DNA from: Candidatus Dormiibacterota bacterium
GTDB taxonomy: Bacteria > Chloroflexota > Dormibacteria > Dormibacterales > Dormibacteraceae
Assembly: GCA_036491815.1 (NCBI GenBank)
Contig: DASXBE010000017.1
Span: 1-47,204, forward strand
Length of the DNA: 47,204 nt
Direction of reading: 5' to 3'
The notes under the pieces were generated by a model that worked only from the letters and a program-made list of their open reading frames with translations, ran no database searches and was not told the DNA's origin. Position 1 is the stretch's first letter. Every line of letters starts with the position of its first letter. The translations under genes were made by a program, and so were the position numbers. Of this stretch, positions 41,278 through 47,204 are shown piece after piece.

Positions 41278-42636
41278 GTGACCGCCCCCCAGCCGGGCCC
41301 TCGCCTAGCGAGCTCTGCCCCGGCGGTCGTCGCAAGACCCCGCAACGACTCGCCGGACGTCCTCACACGGGCCGCTGAATCCGTCACGAGGTTCGGGCTG
41401 CCTGCGTTCATCCTGTGCCTCCCTCTCGAGTTCACGTCGCAGTTTCTGCCCCTGCAGGTCGCGCGGATCGTGCTCCTGGTCGTCGGCATCGCGTTCGGTT
41501 ACCTGCTTCTGACGCGCCGGCGAACGCTGGTGCTTCCACTCAGCGCCAGCGCCGCATTGCTGGCGCTTTACGGCGTCGTGTCCATCGCTAGCTGGATCTT
41601 CACGCGTGCGCCGGGCTCCACGAAGCTGGTTGGTGACCTGGTCGCATATTCCCTGATGGCCGTGCTCGCGATCAACCTCGTGCAGAGCGACGAACAGCAC
41701 CGAGGCGCATGGACGGCGTTCCTCGTGTCCGCGTTGCTGATCGCCGTGCTGGGTGCGTTCCTCTACTACGCGGGCCTCTCGATCTGGAGGGCAGACCCAG
41801 ATCACCTCGGGCGGCTGAACGTGACTTTTGGCGATCCCAACATCAGCGCGCGATTCTTCAATCTCGCGATCTGCGCCGCGATCCTCATGAATGCCGCGAG
41901 ACAGTCACCCGCATGGCTCTCGATCGCGACCATCGTCGTGGCGTCGGCGATCTTTCCCCTCACCTTCTCGAAGTCGGGCTATGCGATTTTCATCATCACC
42001 GTACTTCTGGTCGTCCCGCTGGCGATCGATCGCCGGCGCGCCGCGGCGATGGCCGGCGTGGCCCTGGTCGTTTTTGCAGTCGCCATAGCGATCAATACCG
42101 ACACACGGGACCGGGCAAGCATCGTCATCCATTCATTCGCTCCAGCAGCGCCCAGCGCCCAGAGCTCGACAGGGTCGACCCCATCGCTCGCCGGCGGGAC
42201 GATCGACCCCGTCCGCAGCTACCTGATCAGTGCAGGCTGGCAAATGTTCCGGGACCATCCCCTGACCGGGGTCGGATTCGGCGGGTTCCAGCACGCCCTG
42301 GTGACGACCTACGAGCGGTATGTGCCCGCGAATCCTCCAGCCACCCTTTCGCATACCTCGGCGATCACGATGCTTTCCGAGCAGGGCCTGATCGGCGCCG
42401 GGATCTTCTCCGCATTCCTCGTCCTGCTGTTCTGGGAGATGCTCGGGTCGATCCGGCGTCGCGCGCCCGAGCGGCTGTGGGTTGTGATGCCCGCCGTGCT
42501 GATCGTTCCGATCGTCGCCTACAGCCAGTTCGAAGGCCGTTTCATCGAAGAGCCGTACCTCTGGCTCGCCATCGGGCTCTTCTTCGCCGCGAGAGCACTC
42601 GAGAGCCCGACCCGCGCGATCCACCTGGGCGCATGA
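41278..42636 (+). CDS. O-antigen ligase family (Wzy_C) membrane protein, tandem paralog 2
   Basis: It has the same motif series as 39931..41274: LPLEFTS, YLLLTRRRTLV, NVTFGDPNISARF, ARQSPAWL, TFSKSGYAIF, HPLTGVGFGGFQH, SHTSAITMLSEQGLIGAG and SQFEGRFIEEPYLW. GTG at 41278 lies 3 nt after the upstream TAG. Confidence 0.85.
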   Translation: MTAPQPGPRLASSAPAVVARPRNDSPDVLTRAAESVTRFGLPAFILCLPLEFTSQFLPLQVARIVLLVVGIAFGYLLLTRRRTLVLPLSASAALLALYGVVSIASWIFTRAPGSTKLVGDLVAYSLMAVLAINLVQSDEQHRGAWTAFLVSALLIAVLGAFLYYAGLSIWRADPDHLGRLNVTFGDPNISARFFNLAICAAILMNAARQSPAWLSIATIVVASAIFPLTFSKSGYAIFIITVLLVVPLAIDRRRAAAMAGVALVVFAVAIAINTDTRDRASIVIHSFAPAAPSAQSSTGSTPSLAGGTIDPVRSYLISAGWQMFRDHPLTGVGFGGFQHALVTTYERYVPANPPATLSHTSAITMLSEQGLIGAGIFSAFLVLLFWEMLGSIRRRAPERLWVVMPAVLIVPIVAYSQFEGRFIEEPYLWLAIGLFFAARALESPTRAIHLGA

Positions 42637-43937
42637 CCACCGCGGCCGTCGTCGGGCTGGGCAAGATCGGTCTTCCACTGGCCGTTCAGTTCGCGGGCAA
42701 GGGAGTGGACGTCATCGGGTGTGACGTGCTGCCCCAGGTCGTCGACGCCATCAACGGCGGCCGGTCGCACATCCATGAGGAGCCCGGGCTCGAAGACGCC
42801 GTTGCCCAGACCGTCAAGCAGGGCAAGCTCAAGGCGACCACGGACACTTCCGCGGCGGTGGCACAGGCCGACGTCGTGGTGGTCATCGTCCCGCTCCTGG
42901 TCCGGGCGGATCACACCATCGACTTCGGGAACATCGATTCGGCGACCCGCGCCATCGGACGGGGCCTGCGCCGCGGAGCGCTGGTCGTCTACGAGACGAC
43001 ACTTCCCGTCGGGACGACGCGGCGGCGCCTGGGCCCGATGCTCGAGCAGGAGTCGGGGCTGAAGGCGGGCACCGATTTCCACCTCGCCTTCAGCCCCGAG
43101 CGCCTGTATGCGGGCCGGATCTTCGACGACCTCCGCAGGTACCCGAAGATTGTTGGCGGCATCGACCAGAAAAGCACGCAGAAAGCGGTCGAGTTCTATC
43201 GCTCAGTGCTGGATGCCGAGGTCTGGCCGGTCGAGAACACGGAAACGGCGGAATTCACCAAGCTGGCCGAGACCACCTATCGCGACGTCAACATCGCGCT
43301 CGCCAACCAGCTGGCGCTTTACGCGGGGGAGCGCGGCGTGAACGCGCTCGACGCTTTCAAGGCCGCCAACTCGCAGCCCTACTCGCACATCCACCGCCCG
43401 AGCCTCGGGGTGGGCGGTCACTGCATACCGGTCTACCCGCACTTCCTGCTGACCGACGCGACCGAAGGCGAGCTGAGCATGGTCAGGAACGGCCGGGCCA
43501 CCAACGACCAGATGGCCCAGGTCGGCGTCCATCAGCTGGAGCATCACCTCGGCGGTCTCGAGGGCCGCCGCGTCCTGGTCCTCGGCGCCTCGTACCGCGA
43601 GGATGTCAAGGAGCTGGCCTTCTCGACCGCGTTTCCTGTGGTCGACGGCCTGCACCGTGCGGGTGCCAGGGTGATGATCGTGGACCCGCTGTTCGGGCCG
43701 GTCGAGCTCAGTGGCCTCGAGGCGGAGGTGGTCGAGCTGGACTCGGATGCCGCCCGCTCGGCGGAGGCGGTTGTGATTCAGGCCTGGCACAAAGACTTCC
43801 GAGACCTGAGCTGGCGCTCCTTCAAGCAGCTGCGCGCGGTGCTGGACGGCCGCGGCGCCGCGGATCCTGCCCAGGTTCGCGAGGCGGGCGCCGCCTACCT
43901 GGCGGTGGGAGTGCCGGAGCCCGGAGCCGAAACTTAG
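42633..43937 (+). CDS. Nucleotide-sugar dehydrogenase (UDP-N-acetyl-hexosamine 6-dehydrogenase candidate, WecC/WbpA-like)
   Basis: AVVGLGKIGLPLAVQFA, FSPERL, AEFTKLAETTYRDVNIALANQLA, the catalytic Cys in GVGGHCIPVYP, and VLVLGASYRED. ATG at 42633 overlaps the upstream stop (ATGA). Confidence 0.9.
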   Translation: MTTAAVVGLGKIGLPLAVQFAGKGVDVIGCDVLPQVVDAINGGRSHIHEEPGLEDAVAQTVKQGKLKATTDTSAAVAQADVVVVIVPLLVRADHTIDFGNIDSATRAIGRGLRRGALVVYETTLPVGTTRRRLGPMLEQESGLKAGTDFHLAFSPERLYAGRIFDDLRRYPKIVGGIDQKSTQKAVEFYRSVLDAEVWPVENTETAEFTKLAETTYRDVNIALANQLALYAGERGVNALDAFKAANSQPYSHIHRPSLGVGGHCIPVYPHFLLTDATEGELSMVRNGRATNDQMAQVGVHQLEHHLGGLEGRRVLVLGASYREDVKELAFSTAFPVVDGLHRAGARVMIVDPLFGPVELSGLEAEVVELDSDAARSAEAVVIQAWHKDFRDLSWRSFKQLRAVLDGRGAADPAQVREAGAAYLAVGVPEPGAET

Positions 43938-43939
43938 GA

Positions 43940-45004
43940 CTATCGCGTCAGGCGCGCCATGCTCGGTCGCGGCTCGGTGCGCCGGCGCAGGACGAAGTCA
44001 ACGATCCCGTTCAGGAAGCCGATCCCGTATCCGAAGTGATAGGCCGCGAAGGTGACGGGCAGCACGGGCAGCAGGTCCCAGCCGGCTCGCGCCGCGGTGG
44101 TGGCTGAAGCGATCACGAGCATCCATGCGTAGCCCGCGAGGCAGAGGGCCAGCAGGATGCGCAGGAGAAGCGCCGGGAAGCCGAGGAATGGCCACCTCTC
44201 CTCTCCGAGGCTGAGCGCGATCGCACCCACGACGAGCACCGCGAGACCCACCAGGAACATCACCGGTGCAAGCTGACGGACCGCCGGTGTGCGGCCGTGC
44301 TTCTGGATGATGCGCACCTTCCAGTACCCGTACTGCCTGTACTGGCGGTAAAGACCCCCGATGGTCGATCGTGGCTGATACCACGACCGAACGAGCGGCG
44401 ACTGCCAGATCGTGCCGCCGGCCCGCTCGAGCCGGAAGTTGAACTCCGCGTCGGAGTCCCGGACCATCTCCTCGTCGAACATCCCAACGCGATCGAACAC
44501 ATCGCGCCTGTAAAAACCGCCGAACACGGTCCGGGCCGGCCCTTCGAACTCGAGAGAGTGCCAGCTGGCGCCCCCCACTGAGAACGGGCTGTGATGTGAG
44601 GCGGCGTTCGAGCGCTGCAGGTAGGTGACGCCCTCGGCGATCGCGGGGCCGCCGACGTTGTCCACGTGCAGCCGTTCAGCCAGCTCGAAGCAGCGAGCGA
44701 TGTAGTCCTCGGGATAACGCGCGTGGGCGCCCATGATCGCGATGTAGCGGCCGCGGGCCTGCCGGATCGCGACGTTCCAGGCGACCGGGGTGATCTGGCG
44801 CGGGTTCTCCACGACCCGGAGCCGGCCGTCTTCGGCGGCGATCCGGTCCAGGATCTCGCGCGTCCGATCGTCGCTCAAACCCTCGGCGACGATGACCTCA
44901 AAGCCTCCGGCCGGTTCAGACTGGGCCAGGAGGGAGCGAACGCAGGCCTCGATGAAGCGCTCCTCATTGCGTGCAGCCACGACGACCGTGACGGACAGGG
45001 ACAA
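43940..45004 (-). CDS. GT2 glycosyltransferase with C-terminal TM segments (ExoA-like)
   Basis: VTVVVAARNEERFIEACVRSLLAQ…VIVAEGLSDDRT, then the C-terminal hydrophobic segments VMFLVGLAVLVVGAIAL and ILLALCLAGYAWMLVIA. TTG at 45004 lies 5 nt after the metB stop. The upstream part of ORF 43940..45976 is an out-of-frame overlap with metB. Confidence 0.8.
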   Translation of the reverse strand: MSLSVTVVVAARNEERFIEACVRSLLAQSEPAGGFEVIVAEGLSDDRTREILDRIAAEDGRLRVVENPRQITPVAWNVAIRQARGRYIAIMGAHARYPEDYIARCFELAERLHVDNVGGPAIAEGVTYLQRSNAASHHSPFSVGGASWHSLEFEGPARTVFGGFYRRDVFDRVGMFDEEMVRDSDAEFNFRLERAGGTIWQSPLVRSWYQPRSTIGGLYRQYRQYGYWKVRIIQKHGRTPAVRQLAPVMFLVGLAVLVVGAIALSLGEERWPFLGFPALLLRILLALCLAGYAWMLVIASATTAARAGWDLLPVLPVTFAAYHFGYGIGFLNGIVDFVLRRRTEPRPSMARLTR

Positions 45005-45009
45005 ATGAC

Positions 45010-46182
45010 TTAGACGCGCAGCGCCGATTCGAGGTCGGCGATCAGGTCGGCCGCCTCCTCCACGCCGATCGAGAGGCGGATCAGCCCGTCCCCCACCCCC
45101 GCCCTCTGCCGCTCCGACAGCGGCATCGAAGCGTGGGTCATCCTCGCCGGGTGCTCGGCCAGCGACTCCACCGCGCCGAGCGATTCGGCAAGCGTGAACA
45201 GCTCCAGCCGCTCCAGCGTGCGCAGCGCCGTCGCCTCGTCGGCCACCTCGAAGCTCACCATGCCCCCGAACATGCGCATCTGGCGCGCGGCCACGGAGCG
45301 GTTCGGATGCGTCTCGAGGCCCGGGTAGTGCACGCGCGTCACGGTCGGGTTCGCCCGCAGCGCTTCGGCCACCTGCATGGCGTTCTCGCTCTGGCGCTCG
45401 ACCCGCAGCGCCAGCGTCTTGATCCCGCGCAGCAGGAGCCAGCAGTCGAAGGGCGATGGCACGGCACCGACGGCGTTCTGGTGGAAGCGAAGCTGCGCCT
45501 CCAGCTCGTCGTTGTTCGTCATGATCGCGCCCCCGACCACGTCGCTGTGGCCCCCGATGTACTTGGTCGAGCTGTGGACCACGAGGTCCGCGCCGAGGTG
45601 CAGTGGCTGCTGCAGGTAGGGAGTGGCGAAGGTGTTGTCGACGCAGACCATCGCCCCGCGGCTGTGCGCGACCTCGCTCACGGCGTCGATGTCGACGACG
45701 CGCAGCAGCGGATTGGTCGGCGACTCGAGCCACACCAGCCGCGTGGCGGGCGACATCGCGTCCTCGACGGCGTCGATCCTGGAGGCGTCGACCGCGGTGA
45801 ACGTGATGCCGAAGCGCTTGAGGACCTTGTCGAAGAGCCGGTAGGTGCCGCCGTACACGTCCTCCATGTAGACGACGTGGTCGCCCGGGTTGAGGAGCAG
45901 AAGCATGGTCGTCTCGGCGCCGAGCCCGGACGCGAAGGCGAGCGCATGCTTGGCGTCCTCGAGCCCGGCCAGGCACTGCTCGAGGGCCTGGCGGGTCGGG
46001 TTGCCCGAGCGCGAATACTCGAACCCGCGGTGCCCGCCCACCCCCTGCTGCGCGTACGTGGTGGCAAGGTGAATCGGCTGGACCACCGCGCCGGTCGCGG
46101 GGTCGGGCCCCTGCCCGATGTGCAGCGCACGCGTCGAAAACCCCCAGCCGGCGGCCGGCCCCGCGTCCTTGCTTTCGTTCAA
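45010..46182 (-). CDS. metB: Cystathionine gamma-lyase/gamma-synthase (Cys/Met-metabolism PLP enzyme)
   Basis: YSRSGNPTR, VDNTFATPYLQQPL, the PLP lysine in HSSTKYIGGHSDV, and ESLGAVESL. By eye it aligns along its whole length with actinobacterial MetB (recalled from memory). TTG at 46182 lies 4 nt after the cbs stop and is preferred; TTG at 46212 is the ORF-track alternative. Confidence 0.9.
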   Translation of the reverse strand: MNESKDAGPAAGWGFSTRALHIGQGPDPATGAVVQPIHLATTYAQQGVGGHRGFEYSRSGNPTRQALEQCLAGLEDAKHALAFASGLGAETTMLLLLNPGDHVVYMEDVYGGTYRLFDKVLKRFGITFTAVDASRIDAVEDAMSPATRLVWLESPTNPLLRVVDIDAVSEVAHSRGAMVCVDNTFATPYLQQPLHLGADLVVHSSTKYIGGHSDVVGGAIMTNNDELEAQLRFHQNAVGAVPSPFDCWLLLRGIKTLALRVERQSENAMQVAEALRANPTVTRVHYPGLETHPNRSVAARQMRMFGGMVSFEVADEATALRTLERLELFTLAESLGAVESLAEHPARMTHASMPLSERQRAGVGDGLIRLSIGVEEAADLIADLESALRV

Positions 46183-46186
46183 GCGT

Positions 46187-47204
46187 TCAGCCCTGTCCGC
46201 GGTGTGCGACAAACTCGAGGAGGTCGGCGCGCGTGATCACCGCGACCGGCTTCCCGGCCTCGACGACGAGCACCGCCTGCTCGCCTCGGAGCAACGGCTC
46301 GAACGCGTCGTCCAGGGAGGAGTCGACACCGACCTGGCTCAGCGGCGCGTCCATCGCCGACGAAACCGCGGTCGTCACCACGGCCGGGTCGCGGTAGACG
46401 CGGTCGAGCAGCGAGCGCTCCTGCAGGGTGCCGACGACGCCCTGGCCGTCGGAGTCGTCGACCACCGGGAGCTGCGAGATTCCGTACTGCTGCATCAGGT
46501 CGATGGCCTCGCCCACCAACTTCCCCGACTCCACGGTGACGAGCCGGGGCAGGCCCTTGGGATGCGAGAGCAGCACCTCACGGATCCGCACCGCGCCGAG
46601 CCGCGCGAGGTAGCCGTTCTGGCGCATCCACTCGTCGTTGAAGAACTTGCTGAGGTAGTTGCGCCCGGTGTCCGGGAAGAGCACGACGATGACCTCCTCG
46701 GGACCCCGGTCGCGCGCGACCTCGAGGGCGGCGTGCACCGCCAGGCCGGAGGAACCGCCGACCAGGATGCCCTCCTCGCGAGCGAGGCGCCGCGCCGCGA
46801 CGAAGGACTGCTTGTCGGTGACCTGTACGACCTGGTCGACGAGGCCGATCTCCATCGTGCCGGGCATGAAATCCTCGCCCACGCCCTCGACCTTGTAGGG
46901 GGCGATCGGCCCCGAGTACAGCGAGCCTTCGGGATCGGCCCCGACCACGTGGACCGTAGGCTTCTGCTCCTTCAGGTACTTCGCGACGCCGCTGATCGTG
47001 CCGCCGGTGCCCATGCCGGCGACGAAGACGTCGACGCGCCCGTCAGTCTGCTCCCAGATCTCCGGACCGGTCGTCCGGTAGTGGGCCTCGGGGTTGCGAG
47101 GGTTGAAATACTGGTTGGGCTGAAAGGCGCCGGGCACCTCCTTGGCGAGGCGGTCGGCGACCGAGTAGTACGACTGGGGCGACGACCGCTCGACGTTGGT
47201 CGGG
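46187..47204 (-). CDS. cbs: Cystathionine beta-synthase (PLP domain plus tandem CBS domains), 5'-truncated by the window end
   Basis: PNQYFNPRNPEAHYRTTGPEIWEQT, GMGTGGTISG and GSSGLAVHAA, followed by two CBS-type modules (…ISQLPVVDD…, …AVLVVEAGKPVAVITRADLL). The reading frame stays open upstream of the ORF-track Met (47137) to the window edge (…SVADRLAKEVPGAF…). Confidence 0.9.
   Translation of the reverse strand, partial: PTNVERSSPQSYYSVADRLAKEVPGAFQPNQYFNPRNPEAHYRTTGPEIWEQTDGRVDVFVAGMGTGGTISGVAKYLKEQKPTVHVVGADPEGSLYSGPIAPYKVEGVGEDFMPGTMEIGLVDQVVQVTDKQSFVAARRLAREEGILVGGSSGLAVHAALEVARDRGPEEVIVVLFPDTGRNYLSKFFNDEWMRQNGYLARLGAVRIREVLLSHPKGLPRLVTVESGKLVGEAIDLMQQYGISQLPVVDDSDGQGVVGTLQERSLLDRVYRDPAVVTTAVSSAMDAPLSQVGVDSSLDDAFEPLLRGEQAVLVVEAGKPVAVITRADLLEFVAHRGQG

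Noticed and set aside
41709-42632. N-terminal 308 codons of ORF 41709..43937
   Set aside because: This stretch is out of frame over the Wzy_C paralog 41278..42636 and is R/P/D-rich. The dehydrogenase Rossmann motif starts right after ATG 42633, which forms an ATGA overlap with the upstream stop.
45005-45976. N-terminal extension of ORF 43940..45976 overlapping metB on the same strand
   Set aside because: metB has strong full-length family similarity in its own frame. The competing frame is R/A/G-rich (…RRRDDHASAPQPGRPRR…). The GT2 domain begins at TTG 45004, just after the metB stop.
1-47204. Genomic island or mobile element carrying the glycan locus
   Set aside because: I recognised no integrase, transposase, tRNA gene, IS ends or flanking direct repeats. 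Base composition looks uniform except for the 39.6-39.9 kb gap. Nothing in the window supports a mobile-element call.

Overview
GC-rich (by eye about two-thirds G+C) bacterial chromosomal segment with about 41 protein-coding genes. I recognised no rRNA, tRNA, transposase, integrase or cas genes. Almost the whole window (353-45004) is one very large composite cell-surface glycan locus. It holds 3 polyprenyl-phosphate phosphoglycosyl transferases (PGTs), 2 Wzx-type flippases and 5 Wzy / O-antigen-ligase-like polytopic proteins; one of those five is fused in frame to one of the flippases. It also holds about 9 glycosyltransferases, 5 methyltransferases, 3 DegT-family aminotransferases, 3 nucleotide-sugar dehydrogenases and 3 SDR epimerase/dehydratases. 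Single-copy members are a split transketolase, a WbpB-like oxidoreductase, WecB, a WbpD-like acetyltransferase, a NUDIX hydrolase and a secreted GH18 hydrolase with three C-terminal repeats. No Wzz/PCP, OPX exporter or ABC transporter is visible. Genes are packed tightly: many NTGA start/stop overlaps, and convergent genes meet with 2-8 nt gaps or overlap. The left border is a CRISPR-looking but non-CRISPR tandem array of GC hairpin repeats. The right border is a housekeeping cbs-metB (reverse transsulfuration) pair, truncated at the window end. Main points for follow-up: the Wzx-Wzy_C fusion ORF, two CTGA junctions implying CTG initiation (one reached through a 5-codon relay ORF), a convergent paralog pair carrying a perfect 33-bp inverted repeat, the methyltransferase / split-transketolase / aminotransferase sugar module, the GH18 repeat protein, and a 344-bp lower-GC gap with a Shine-Dalgarno-led 53-codon ORF. 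All functional calls rest on motif recognition by eye; no database search was run. Many long ORFs in the six-frame track are high-GC shadow ORFs and were discarded.
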